64,000 nt of DNA from Nitrospirota bacterium. GTDB lineage: Bacteria > Nitrospirota > UBA9217. The DNA is taken from assembly GCA_963663225.1 (NCBI GenBank), contig OY760142.1:2144001-2208000 (forward strand), written 5' to 3'. The notes beneath the pieces are model-generated. The model ran no database searches and was not told where the DNA came from. It saw nothing but the letters and a program-made list of their open reading frames with translations. This document shows positions 30,060-40,073 of this stretch, piece after piece (position 1 is the first letter of the stretch; the number at the start of each line of letters is the position of its first letter). The position numbers were made by a program, and so were the translations under genes.

Positions 30060-31043
30060 ATGCCGGCAGCAATAAAAAATAAAGATGATTTGATTATCAC
30101 GCGTTTTTTTGACGCTCCGTGCGACCACGTATGGAAAGCTTGGTCCGAACCGGAGCGTTTTCAGCGCTGGTGGGGACCGAAACTGTTTACGGCTCCGCAC
30201 GCCAGCATAGATTTCCGGGTCGGCGGTAGATATCTCGCATGCATGCGGTCGCCTGAAGGACGGGATTTCTGGAGCACCGGCGTGTATCTTGAGATTGTTC
30301 CGGATGAGCGGATTATCTATACGGACAATTTTGCAGATGAAAAGGGCAATGTGGTCGCGGCTTCGCACTATGGGATGACCGGAGACTGGCCTGAGGAATT
30401 GCAGGTAACGGTGACGTTTGAGGATTTCGACGGGAACACAAAGATGACGTTGAGGCATGCCGGCCTTCCGTCAGGACAGATGAAAGAATTGGCGGCAGAC
30501 GGGTGGAACGGATCTTTCGACAAACTGGCTGAGAGCCTTGCGTCAGAACACAACCAGACAACCATTATAGCGGAACCGGACAAGCAAGAAATTATCTTTA
30601 CCCGGACTTTCGACGCGCCGAGAATGGTTGTGTTTAAAGCATATACAGATCCATGGCTTATTTCCGAGTGGTGGGGCCCGAAACGCTTCTCAACCATTGT
30701 GGACAGCATGGATGTGCGGGAGGGAGGCGTTTGGCGATTCATCAATCGTGATGCGTACGGCAATGAGTACGCGTTCCGCGGTGTGTATCATACGGTCCGC
30801 CAGCCTGAACGGCTTGTTTATACGTTTGAATTCGAAGGCATGCCCGACCATACGGCGCTGGAAACTGTAAGCTTCGAAGAAGATATGGATGACAAAACCA
30901 GAATGACAAGCAGGTCTGTTTACCAGTCTGCCAAGGACCGTGACGAGATGCTCAAAGCGGGAATGCAGGAGGGAGTGGTCGAGACCATGGACCGCCTTGC
31001 CGAACTTTTGGCTAAGTCTACTATCCTGAAAAAAGCGGCGTAA
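30060..31043 (+). CDS. Tandem SRPBCC (AHSA1-like) domain protein
   Basis: Two repeats of R.FDAP..VWKAW/FKAY..WWGP..D.R.GG. Confidence 0.88.
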   Translation: MPAAIKNKDDLIITRFFDAPCDHVWKAWSEPERFQRWWGPKLFTAPHASIDFRVGGRYLACMRSPEGRDFWSTGVYLEIVPDERIIYTDNFADEKGNVVAASHYGMTGDWPEELQVTVTFEDFDGNTKMTLRHAGLPSGQMKELAADGWNGSFDKLAESLASEHNQTTIIAEPDKQEIIFTRTFDAPRMVVFKAYTDPWLISEWWGPKRFSTIVDSMDVREGGVWRFINRDAYGNEYAFRGVYHTVRQPERLVYTFEFEGMPDHTALETVSFEEDMDDKTRMTSRSVYQSAKDRDEMLKAGMQEGVVETMDRLAELLAKSTILKKAA

Positions 31044-31135
31044 AAAACAGGTGTATTATACTCGTCGGAGCGGCGTGAGATATGCGAGAAGGCGACCCCT
31101 CAGCGCCGCATTCTTTGGATCGTCAGAGTAGGGAA

Positions 31136-31474
31136 CTATTTGCAGTTGTGCCAGACGTTGCAGCCGCCTGACTTAGTTGTATCGTAGTTTTTTTTTGCAT
31201 AGCAGCTGCAGTTGCAAAGGTTCAGGTTCGGCGCGGTCCGTGGGCAGCAGTAATATTTGCCGGGGGCGCATCCGGTATTAAAACCGCAGTTCAGATTGCT
31301 GCCGCAGGGATTGGCTGCCAGGAGATAGGTACCTTGGGAAGAAGCTTCGGCTTCCGCCTGCGAACAGAGAAACGGCGCCGTCTGGTCGTTTTTCAGGTCT
31401 TCCCCGATTGCTATACCGCAGAATGCCACTATGCAGAGTGAAACAACTACCGCAATCTTGCCGTACCGATGCAT
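31136..31474 (-). CDS. Secreted cysteine-rich small protein
   Basis: GGAGG RBS; signal peptide; 10 Cys in the last 58 aa. Confidence 0.7.
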   Translation of the reverse strand: MHRYGKIAVVVSLCIVAFCGIAIGEDLKNDQTAPFLCSQAEAEASSQGTYLLAANPCGSNLNCGFNTGCAPGKYYCCPRTAPNLNLCNCSCYAKKNYDTTKSGGCNVWHNCK

Positions 31475-31745
31475 GTGCGCCTCCTTCCGGAAATGTTCGT
31501 GTCCGCCATTGCTGCAGAGAATATAGAATGGATCATATAGCGTTGCACATTCACCGTCAAGAGATATTTATGGAATGGACGGTAGTTTAGCGAAATTTCT
31601 GCTTAGTATCCTATTCACGCCTGATTTTAAAATGCTTTGACAACCCATTCAAACATCCTTGACAAGCGGCAGGATATCCATAATAATCATCAAAATATTT
31701 GATCTTAGGCCCGATTTCCTGTCGGTTTCCGGATTGTCGCATCGT

Positions 31746-33722
31746 ATGGGCATAAAAAAAACTAAAAGCGGAGTACCTGTTCTGCTGATCCTGCTGATTC
31801 TCCTCCTCTGGGGATGCAGCGGCAAGAATGATGCTGCGCCCCTTGCGCGTCAGGGCGTGGTCAACCTTTCCGCAGCGGATATGACGCACTCCGCTCCCGT
31901 GCGACTCGACGGTGAATGGCAATTTTACTGGGATCGCCTGCTCGCACCGAAGGATTTTCGCGGCCCTCAGGCTCCGGCGGTTACGGGGTTTCTCACGCTT
32001 CCCGGTTCCTGGAATGGATTCGAGCTTACGGGGAAGAAGTTGGGTGGAGCCGGGTTTGCAACGTTCCGGCTCCGTGTCTTGCCGGGTCCTGCCAGGCACG
32101 ACTTGGCATTGCACATCGGCTTGATAAATTCCGCTTATAAACTATGGGCGAACGGCAAATTGCTTCTTGAAAATGGCGTAATCGGTAAAAATGCAGCGGA
32201 AGAAATTCCGATACAATCCTTTCAACAAGTCAAATTGCGGACCGAAAACCGACCGATCGAACTGGTGCTGCAGATATCCAACTTCCATGATCGTGAGGGG
32301 GGTGTTATATCCCCGCTGCTTCTCGGACATCCGGACAAACTGGCTGCGCACTGGATGAAAGAGCGCTCTCTGACGCTGATCAGCATCGGCAGTCTCATGG
32401 TTATGGGCGTGTATCATATTTTTTTGTACATTTTCCGCGCAAAGAACACGGCGCCGCTCTATTTCGGCATGTATTGCCTGCTCTGGATGGTGTTCTCCCT
32501 GACCAACAATGCGAACGGCTGGCCGGTGCGTGTGCTTATCGGAGATATTCCCGCGTGGCTGTTAAACCGCATTGATATGATCTGCGTCGTAATTTCGGTT
32601 CCCGTTATTTATGGATTCGTAAGATCCCTGTATCCTCTGGAGTTCTCTTTTCGGGTGCAGCAGGTGACATGGTTTGCGGCCTCAGTTTATCTGGTCCTCG
32701 GGCTGCTCGCATCGACCATGATGTTTACTTCTTTCATATATCTTTATTACATTTTCTGCATGGCCCTGATATGCTACATGGTGATCATGCTGGGTGTGGC
32801 AATACGAAGAGAGCGGGAAAGTGCATTCTATATTCTGTTGGGATTTCTTGGCTTGGGGCTCGTTTCCATCAACGACATGCTTTATGACCTTCAGGTGATC
32901 CGGTCGGTATACCTTATGGAAGTAGGTATGCTCGGCTTTATTCTGCTTCAGGCGTGTGCGTTGTCCCGGCGATTTTCACGCGCCTTCTCCTCGGTAGAAC
33001 AGCTGTCAGGAGAACTGGGGGACAAGAATGTAATTCTGGAACGGGAGATTGTAGAGCGGACGAGGTTAGAACGGGAGATCATAAGCACGAGCGAAGAAGA
33101 ACGCCGCCGGATCAGCCGCGAACTTCATGACGGATTGTGCCAGAAACTGACCGGTGCCAGGCTGCAGTTTTCTGTACTGACGCGGAAGCTTGCAGGCGCA
33201 GATAAGAAAACCGCAGAACTGTCTTCTGTCTCATCACTGCTGGAGGAATCGGTCAATCAGGCATATGATCTGTCACGCGGTTTGTGGCCCGTGGAGCATG
33301 ATCCCCAGGGGACCAGTCCGTCACTGGAGAAGCTTGCCCGGCGACTGTCCGAGTCGAGCGGCATTGCCATTGAACTCAGCCAGAAGCAGGGCTGCGAAAA
33401 ATGTAAAAACACTGCCGTCATCCAGCTGTACCGGATAGCGCAGGAGGCAATCACGAACGCGGTAAAGCATGCCCGGCCGGAGAGAATCACGATCAATTTC
33501 GATTGTGCGGACAGAAAACAGATTACCCTCGCAATTCAGGATAACGGCATAGGCAGGAGTGCCGCAGCAGCGACGCGGGGAGGACTTGGTATCAGCATCA
33601 TGTATCATCGGGCGAGGATGATCGGCGGCGGATTGACAATTGCCGATGCGGACGACGGAGGAACCCTGGTCAGCTGCGTTGTGCCTTGTATAATGGGGAA
33701 GGGTGATGGTGAGGTGAGGTGA
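31746..33722 (+). CDS. 7TM-DISM-type sensor histidine kinase (HisKA_3)
   Basis: LDGEWQFYW..LPGSWN extracellular domain, 7 TM, EERRRISRELHDGLCQ, QEAITNAVKH, DNGIG, GLGI. Confidence 0.9.
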   Translation: MGIKKTKSGVPVLLILLILLLWGCSGKNDAAPLARQGVVNLSAADMTHSAPVRLDGEWQFYWDRLLAPKDFRGPQAPAVTGFLTLPGSWNGFELTGKKLGGAGFATFRLRVLPGPARHDLALHIGLINSAYKLWANGKLLLENGVIGKNAAEEIPIQSFQQVKLRTENRPIELVLQISNFHDREGGVISPLLLGHPDKLAAHWMKERSLTLISIGSLMVMGVYHIFLYIFRAKNTAPLYFGMYCLLWMVFSLTNNANGWPVRVLIGDIPAWLLNRIDMICVVISVPVIYGFVRSLYPLEFSFRVQQVTWFAASVYLVLGLLASTMMFTSFIYLYYIFCMALICYMVIMLGVAIRRERESAFYILLGFLGLGLVSINDMLYDLQVIRSVYLMEVGMLGFILLQACALSRRFSRAFSSVEQLSGELGDKNVILEREIVERTRLEREIISTSEEERRRISRELHDGLCQKLTGARLQFSVLTRKLAGADKKTAELSSVSSLLEESVNQAYDLSRGLWPVEHDPQGTSPSLEKLARRLSESSGIAIELSQKQGCEKCKNTAVIQLYRIAQEAITNAVKHARPERITINFDCADRKQITLAIQDNGIGRSAAAATRGGLGISIMYHRARMIGGGLTIADADDGGTLVSCVVPCIMGKGDGEVR

Positions 33723-33723
33723 A

Positions 33724-34362
33724 ATGAAGAACGCTAGGCTGAAAAAAACGAAGCGCATTTTCATGATTGACGATCATCCCGCGGTGCGGCAGGGAGTGAA
33801 GCTGTTGCTGGAACAGGAAGGCTACGTTGTCTGCGGCGAGGCAGGCAGCAGCGCTGAGGCAATGGCACGCATACAGTCCTCGCGCGCTGATCTGGCTTTG
33901 CTCGATATTTCCCTTGGAGAAGAGAACGGGCTTGCGTGCATTGCGGAGCTGCGCAAGCGAGGCATCAATGTACTGGTATATTCCATGCATGAAGATGCCG
34001 CCACGATTGACAAGGCCTTCGCCGCAGGAGCAGATGGATATGTTTCAAAGCGGGAACAGCCGGAGGTGCTGCTTGTGGCGCTTGGCGATGTTCTGGGAGG
34101 AAAGCGACACATCAGTCCGGCAACGGCCCAGAGTCTTGCGAAGAGGGTCCTTGCTTCGCCCGAAGCAGGTCGGGAATCCACGCTGAGTGAACGAGAAAAG
34201 CAGATCCTGCATCGGCTCGGCCGGGGCGAGTCAAATGCGGAAATAGCCGATGCCCTCGCAATCGGCGTGCGCACGGTGGAGACCTACTGCACCAGAATTA
34301 TCGAAAAACTCGAGTTGGACGGCATGAAAGAGCTCAGGCGCTACGCCATACAGAAGAAATAG
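33724..34362 (+). CDS. NarL/LuxR-family response regulator
   Basis: IDDHPAVRQG, LLDISL, YVSK; HTH LSEREKQIL..SNAEIA..RTVETY. Confidence 0.93.
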   Translation: MKNARLKKTKRIFMIDDHPAVRQGVKLLLEQEGYVVCGEAGSSAEAMARIQSSRADLALLDISLGEENGLACIAELRKRGINVLVYSMHEDAATIDKAFAAGADGYVSKREQPEVLLVALGDVLGGKRHISPATAQSLAKRVLASPEAGRESTLSEREKQILHRLGRGESNAEIADALAIGVRTVETYCTRIIEKLELDGMKELRRYAIQKK

Positions 34363-34407
34363 TTATCTCTTTTAAAATACGCTCTCGTCTTCTTTCTTTT
34401 TCCCTGT

Positions 34408-34445
34408 CCGTAATTTCCCGTACAAAGAAACCGTAATTCTCCGTG
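34408..34445 (+). promoter_or_regulatory. Direct repeat, candidate binding site of the adjacent NarL regulator
   Basis: CCGTAATTTCCCGTA and CCGTAATTCTCCGTG, 23 bp apart, upstream of the DUF1566 gene. Confidence 0.45.
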
Positions 34446-34567
34446 CATACAAGTTTCATATTTTCATCTACTATTACAGCGCAGTTTTTTGCAGGATGAA
34501 TGTCTCAGGCTGTATTGTTAACCATCCCTTTACAATTCCGTTGTTTATACATGAGGAGAAAATTGCT

Positions 34568-35731
34568 ATGGCAAAGAGTTTTTTCATATTTTTTGCATCA
34601 GCAGCACTATGCAGTGTATTGTTGCTGGCCGGTTGCGGTGGCGGAAGCGGCAGCAGTAACAATACTATGAATGGGATTGCCCTCCCTCAAACAGGGCAGA
34701 TTATTTCTTATACCACTGACTCAACTGATGATGGTGGATTGCAAAAGGGTGTAGTCTGGCCGAGTCCCAGGTTTGCAGCTGTCAGCAGCGGCACCGGCAC
34801 GGTTGTCACTGACAGCCTTACCGGGCTGATGTGGGAAGCAGACGCGGGAACTCCGGCGTTCAGCAGCTGCACCGGGGGCGCGAAAACCTGGCAGGCTGCA
34901 TTGGATCGTATGACCTGCCTGAATGCCGGCAATTATCTCGGCCATAACGACTGGCGGCTGCCGAATATCAGGGAGCTCAGAAGTCTTGTTAATTACGGTC
35001 AGGACAATACGGCAACCTGGCTCAATACCCAGGGTTTCATCAATGTAATCCCCACCACCTACTGGGCGTCCACTACGAATGCGGGTGGTACGTCCATGGC
35101 GTGGTATGTCAGCATGTACAATGGCAGCACATCCGCCGACACCAAAACAGCCTCCTACCGCGTCTTGGCCGTGCGTACCGGACAGGATGTTGCCACGGCC
35201 GAAGTGGCCGCGACCGGCCAGCTCATATCCTACGGCACCGGACCGACGGATGACGGCGCATTGCGGAAGGGGGCGGCATGGCCGAATCCGAGATTTACCG
35301 TTGCGAGCAGCGGCACCGGCACCTTCGCGGGCACGGTCGTCACTGATAATCTTACAGGGCTCATGTGGGCGGGCGATGCGGGAATTCCAACGTTCGGCAG
35401 CTGCACCGGAAGCTATAAACTCTGGCAGGGCGCGCTGGATTATGTGGCATGCCTGAATGCCGGAAACTACCTCGGCCATAACGACTGGCGTCTGCCGAAC
35501 CTGGACGAACTGGAAAGCCTTGTCAACTATGAACGGGACAGCATGTCGAGCTGGCTGAACACGCAGGGTTTCAGTAATGCGCGAAATGCTTACTATTGGT
35601 CCTCAACCACGATCTGCCCAACCTGCTCTCTCACGATCGCGTGGTACGTCAGTATGTGGTCCGGCAACATATACTACACGTATAAAGAAACCGACTCGCG
35701 TTCCGTCTGGCCGGTCCGCGCCGGACGATAA
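34568..35731 (+). CDS. Lipoprotein with two DUF1566 (Lcl-like, C-type lectin fold) domains
   Basis: Lipobox LAGC; twice TGQ..DDG.L.KG..WP.PRF, VTD.LTGLMW, DWRLPN..EL.SL, YW.STT, .VR.G. Confidence 0.88.
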   Translation: MAKSFFIFFASAALCSVLLLAGCGGGSGSSNNTMNGIALPQTGQIISYTTDSTDDGGLQKGVVWPSPRFAAVSSGTGTVVTDSLTGLMWEADAGTPAFSSCTGGAKTWQAALDRMTCLNAGNYLGHNDWRLPNIRELRSLVNYGQDNTATWLNTQGFINVIPTTYWASTTNAGGTSMAWYVSMYNGSTSADTKTASYRVLAVRTGQDVATAEVAATGQLISYGTGPTDDGALRKGAAWPNPRFTVASSGTGTFAGTVVTDNLTGLMWAGDAGIPTFGSCTGSYKLWQGALDYVACLNAGNYLGHNDWRLPNLDELESLVNYERDSMSSWLNTQGFSNARNAYYWSSTTICPTCSLTIAWYVSMWSGNIYYTYKETDSRSVWPVRAGR

Positions 35732-35829
35732 ATTATTTGTTCGTTCCATTATTATCGAGCAGGAACAACTTAGTTCCATCTCCGGGTCTCTCGGTGTCGT
35801 GAGGGAGAGTGCCGGCAGAAACGAGTTCT

Positions 35830-36255
35830 ATGCAAAATATGAGCAATGATAAGGCAGCGCGCATTTTTCTCATCGACGATCATCCGGCGGTGCGGCAGGG
35901 GTTGCAGCTGCTGTTTGAACAAGAGGGCCACATCGTCTGCGGTGAGGCCGATGGCACTGCTGAAACTTTGGAGCGTATTAAGACGTCAGCGGCAGATCTG
36001 GCCCTGCTCGACATCTCCCTCGGTGAAGAGAACGGGTTTGCGTGCATCGCGGAGCTGCGCAATCGAAGCATCCCCGTGCTTGTGTACTCCATGCATGAAG
36101 ACGAAAACACCATTGACAGGGCATTTGACGCCGGGGCTGCCGGGTACGTTTCGAAGCGGGAACAGCCGGAGGTGCTGCTGGCTGCGGTGGCTGACGTTTT
36201 TGCGGGCAAGTGTCACGTCAGCCCCCGGGCGGTACGGAGCCTGAGAAGAACGTAA
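35830..36255 (+). CDS. Receiver-only paralog of the NarL regulator (HTH absent)
   Basis: Closely similar to the receiver of 33724-34362 (LALLDISLGEENG.ACIAELR, YVSKREQPEVLL) but stops after HVSPRAVRSL. Confidence 0.8.
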   Translation: MQNMSNDKAARIFLIDDHPAVRQGLQLLFEQEGHIVCGEADGTAETLERIKTSAADLALLDISLGEENGFACIAELRNRSIPVLVYSMHEDENTIDRAFDAGAAGYVSKREQPEVLLAAVADVFAGKCHVSPRAVRSLRRT

Positions 36256-36290
36256 GCCTGAGAACGGGATATAAAATAGAAGGGGAACAT

Positions 36291-38258
36291 ATGAAAGAGA
36301 TCGTCAACGAGGTATTCGCCTGCATGATAGTCGTGATCATGGGGCTGTCATCAATCGGTTGCAGCAGCAGCGGCAGCGGAGCCGCCGGCACGGCCCCAGT
36401 AACAAACTACTATCCACGCTTTGCCTACGTAGCGAACTACCTCGATAATACCATCTCAACGTATGCGATCGATTCGGCGACCGGCAGGATGAAATACATC
36501 GGCAAGGTCGCAGCAGGGTCGGGTCCGAATTCCGTCGCAATTGACCCTTCCGGCAAATATATCTATGCAGCGAACTATGCTTCCAATACCGTTACGCAGT
36601 ATACGATTGACGCTAATGGGGTGCTTGCGGCCATGACGCCGCCGAGCGTCTCGGCAGGGATGGGGCCTTATTCCGTCACGGTCGATCCCTCCGGCAAGTA
36701 TGTCTATGTTACGAATTGCGCCGACGGTACCGTTTCGCAGTATACGATCGGCGTCAACGGCGCGCTCACGGCCATGATACCGTCGAGCGTCCCTGCAGGG
36801 GCGAACCCCTATTCCGTCACGGTTGATCCCACAGGCAAATATGTTTATGTCGCAAATTTTGGCGCCAGCACCGTTTCGCAGTACACGATCGGCACCAACG
36901 GCGCGCTCACGGCTATGACGCCGTCGAGTATTCCGTCGGGAACAAATCCCTACTCCGTCACCATCGATCCGTCCGGCAAGTATGTCTATGTGGCAAACTA
37001 TCTTGCCAACACAGTCTCGCAGTATACAATCGGCGCCGGTGGTGGGCTTACGGCTATGACATCACCCAGTATCGCCGCAGGAACGGGCCCTTATGCTGCC
37101 GTTGTCGACCCGTCGGGGAAATATGCCTATACTGCGAATGGCGACAATAACACCGTCTCGCAGTATATTATCGGCACCAATGGCACACTCTCGTCCAATA
37201 CACCGGCAACGGCAGTGGCGCAGTCCTCGCCGACAGGCATTGTAATCAGCCGCGGTACGACAACGCACGCGGCCACGCCCAAGTACGCCTATGTGGCGAA
37301 TACCAACGGCAACAGCGTTTCGCAGTATGCAATCGCCGCAAGCGGTTCGTTTACGGCCTTGACGCCGGCGAGCATTGCGGCAGGGTCGTCCCCCGAATTC
37401 GTCACAACCGACCCGTTCGGCAGGTACGTTTACGTGGCGAATACCATGGACAACACTGTTTCGCAGTATACGATCGGTGCCGATGGTTCGCTTACGCCTA
37501 TGACGCCGCCAAGCGTCGCGGCGGGGACATACCCCGTCGCAGTTACGGTCGACCCGACGGGCAGGTATGCCTACGTGGCGAATTACTACACTATTTCGCA
37601 GTATACCATCGGCGTTGACGGCGCTCTGACGCCCATGACCCCGTCAGGCTTCTCGTCGTATGCTCCGTATTTTATTGCGGTACATCCGTCAGGCAAATAC
37701 GCCTATGTAACGAATCAAAGCGCCTATACCGTCTCGCAGTATACCATCGGCTCCAACGGTACGCTCACAGCCATGGGCACACCGACCATTGCAACAGAAG
37801 CAGTTCCCAAATTTATTGCCGTCGACCCCTCAGGAAAATACGCCTATGTGGCGAATTCAAACAGCAACACGGTTTCCCAGTATACTATCGACAGCAACGG
37901 AGCGCTCACGGCCATGACGCCGTCGAGCATCACTGCGGGGACGAGGCCCTATGGCGTCACGGTGGATCCATCCGGAAAGTATGTCTATGTTGCAAATATG
38001 ACCGGTTCTAATGTTTCACAGTATACCATTGGCGCCGACGGCGCGCTTACCCTGATCGGAACCATCGCGGCGGGTGCGTGGACCTATGCCGTCACGGTCG
38101 ATCCTTCGGGCAAGTATGCATACACGGCGAATAAAGGCACCGGCACTGTTTCGCAGTACACGATCGGCGCAGGTGGTGCGCTCACGCCCATGACGCCATC
38201 GGGGGTTGGAACAGGGAGTGATCCCGTTTCCGTTGTTACGGTGGGCGCCTATGAATAG
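36291..38258 (+). CDS. Lipoprotein with double lactonase-like beta-propeller (~14 repeats)
   Basis: Lipobox-like SIGC; ~45-aa repeats DPSGKY.YVAN..TVSQYTIG..G.LT.M. Confidence 0.87.
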   Translation: MKEIVNEVFACMIVVIMGLSSIGCSSSGSGAAGTAPVTNYYPRFAYVANYLDNTISTYAIDSATGRMKYIGKVAAGSGPNSVAIDPSGKYIYAANYASNTVTQYTIDANGVLAAMTPPSVSAGMGPYSVTVDPSGKYVYVTNCADGTVSQYTIGVNGALTAMIPSSVPAGANPYSVTVDPTGKYVYVANFGASTVSQYTIGTNGALTAMTPSSIPSGTNPYSVTIDPSGKYVYVANYLANTVSQYTIGAGGGLTAMTSPSIAAGTGPYAAVVDPSGKYAYTANGDNNTVSQYIIGTNGTLSSNTPATAVAQSSPTGIVISRGTTTHAATPKYAYVANTNGNSVSQYAIAASGSFTALTPASIAAGSSPEFVTTDPFGRYVYVANTMDNTVSQYTIGADGSLTPMTPPSVAAGTYPVAVTVDPTGRYAYVANYYTISQYTIGVDGALTPMTPSGFSSYAPYFIAVHPSGKYAYVTNQSAYTVSQYTIGSNGTLTAMGTPTIATEAVPKFIAVDPSGKYAYVANSNSNTVSQYTIDSNGALTAMTPSSITAGTRPYGVTVDPSGKYVYVANMTGSNVSQYTIGADGALTLIGTIAAGAWTYAVTVDPSGKYAYTANKGTGTVSQYTIGAGGALTPMTPSGVGTGSDPVSVVTVGAYE

Positions 38259-38410
38259 GCCGGCCGCAGCATCCATGAGAAGGCGGTTACTCGTTTAATA
38301 CCCGCGCTTGCAGGCGACATGAGTCTTTACCGTCCGGGTGTTCATCTTGTCATTTTTGAGAATACTGATATACTACAAAAATTACATTGCAAGATAAAGG
38401 GCAGATAAAA

Positions 38411-39781
38411 ATGAAAAATAGACGATTGCATTTTTTACTAACAGTTTTTTTGTCCATTGTTTTCATAGCGGCATGCAGCGGGAACAATGAAGGCAAGACA
38501 GCAGCGGTTTTGATCAGCAGCATCACGGTCACTCCCCAACCTGTCGTAAGTTCGGCAACATTTACCGCATCGGTTTCCGTCGCATCCGGCGTGACACCGA
38601 GCTACCAGTGGAGTGTGAGCGGCATCACGGCCGGCACATCGAACAGCATAACCTGGACATCGCCGGGCATACCGGGGAATTACACGGTCAACCTGCTGGT
38701 GAGCGCGGCAACCGATACCGCGTCCCTGAGCACCACTATGACCGTTACCAGCAACAACCCGTGGCCGAAATTCCACCGCGATGCGCAGGCCACTGGCCTC
38801 AGCCCGGTCACATCGAACGCAACAGGCCATCTTAAGTGGAGCTACACGACAGGAGACTATATCGTCTGGTCTTCTCCGGCAATAGCTGCGGATGGTACCG
38901 TGTATGTGGGGTCGTATGACAACAGACTGTATGCGTTCACGTCCACCGGCGGCCTCAAATGGAGCTATCTTACGGGGGACTTCGTCTCATCTTCTCCTGC
39001 AATCGGCGCGGACGGGACCGTGTACACGGGATCGTGGGACGGCAAACTGTACGCCCTCAGAGCAGATGGTACCCTCAAGTGGAGCTATACGATAGGCGGA
39101 CGAGTTTCTTCTCCTGCCATCGGACCGGATGGAATGGTGTATGTGGGGTCGTGGGACGGCAAACTGTACGCCCTCAGAGCAGATGGTACCCTCAAGTGGA
39201 GCTATACGACAGGAGGCACCGTCTTTTCTACTCCTGCCATAGCCCCGGATGGGACCGTATATGTGGGATCGGATGACGCCAAGGTGTATGCGATCAAGCC
39301 TGATGGCACCCTCAAATGGACCTATACCACCGGACACTGGGTAGAGTCTTCAGCGGCGATAGCCCCGGATGGGACCGTGTACGTGGGGTCGTGTGATCGA
39401 AACCTTTATGCGTTTAACCCGGACGGCAGCCTTAAGTGGAGGTATACCGCGGCCGGTCCTGTTTATTCTTCCCCTGCCATAGGGTCGGATGGGACCGTAT
39501 ATGTGGGTTCGGATGACTACAATCTGTATGCGATCAAGTCCGACGGCAGTCTCAAGTGGAGCTACAATACGGGAGGCTCGGTTATTTCTTCTCCCGCTAT
39601 CGGCGCGGACGGGACGGTATACGTCGCCTCCTCCTCTCCCTATCTGTATGCGATCAGGTCCGACGGCAGCCTCAACTGGAGGTATGATATACTAACCATG
39701 GCCTATTCTTCTCCCGCCATAGGAGCGGATGGAACCGTGTACGTGGGGTCGTTTAACAGAAAGCTTTTTGCTATACAGTAA
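38411..39781 (+). CDS. Lipoprotein with Ig-like domain and PQQ-like beta-propeller
   Basis: Lipobox IAAC; WPKFHRD; eight SSPAIG.DGTVYVGS..LYA..DG.LKW.Y repeats. Confidence 0.88.
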   Translation: MKNRRLHFLLTVFLSIVFIAACSGNNEGKTAAVLISSITVTPQPVVSSATFTASVSVASGVTPSYQWSVSGITAGTSNSITWTSPGIPGNYTVNLLVSAATDTASLSTTMTVTSNNPWPKFHRDAQATGLSPVTSNATGHLKWSYTTGDYIVWSSPAIAADGTVYVGSYDNRLYAFTSTGGLKWSYLTGDFVSSSPAIGADGTVYTGSWDGKLYALRADGTLKWSYTIGGRVSSPAIGPDGMVYVGSWDGKLYALRADGTLKWSYTTGGTVFSTPAIAPDGTVYVGSDDAKVYAIKPDGTLKWTYTTGHWVESSAAIAPDGTVYVGSCDRNLYAFNPDGSLKWRYTAAGPVYSSPAIGSDGTVYVGSDDYNLYAIKSDGSLKWSYNTGGSVISSPAIGADGTVYVASSSPYLYAIRSDGSLNWRYDILTMAYSSPAIGADGTVYVGSFNRKLFAIQ

Positions 39782-39788
39782 AGTATCA

Positions 39789-39814
39789 GCCGGCAAGGAT
39801 AAATTCTTGCCGGC
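39789..39814 (+). terminator. Hairpin after the PQQ-propeller gene
   Basis: GCCGGCAAGGA-TAAA-TTCTTGCCGGC. Confidence 0.55.
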
Positions 39815-39957
39815 ATTTCCGTATTATTATAAAGAACAAAGCGATTAGCTGTATTCCTTCACGACATCTCCTTTATGCACTTCTCAATCCACTGCCGCGT
39901 TTGCCTCCTCTTCGCGGAGCATCTTTTCTGCAGGGAGTCATCTTCCCGTTGCCTGAT

Positions 39958-39995
39958 GTAACCGAACTGTAACCCAACAGTAATGCTCGTGTAAT
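39958..39995 (+). promoter_or_regulatory. Pho-box-like array (4 x GTAAY, 11-bp period)
   Basis: GTAAC 39958, GTAAC 39969, GTAAT 39980, GTAAT 39991. Confidence 0.65.
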
Positions 39996-40073
39996 CCATA
40001 CCTGTTACATTTCTGTATATTGTCATTTAACCAGCAACCAGCTTGATTAGTCCAAATTGATTGGAGATGCTGC

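Noticed and set aside
35040-35731. The two DUF1566 domain ends as a DGR template/variable repeat pair
   Set aside because: Differences are not adenine-specific, include indels, and both lie within the CDS; no RT in the window.
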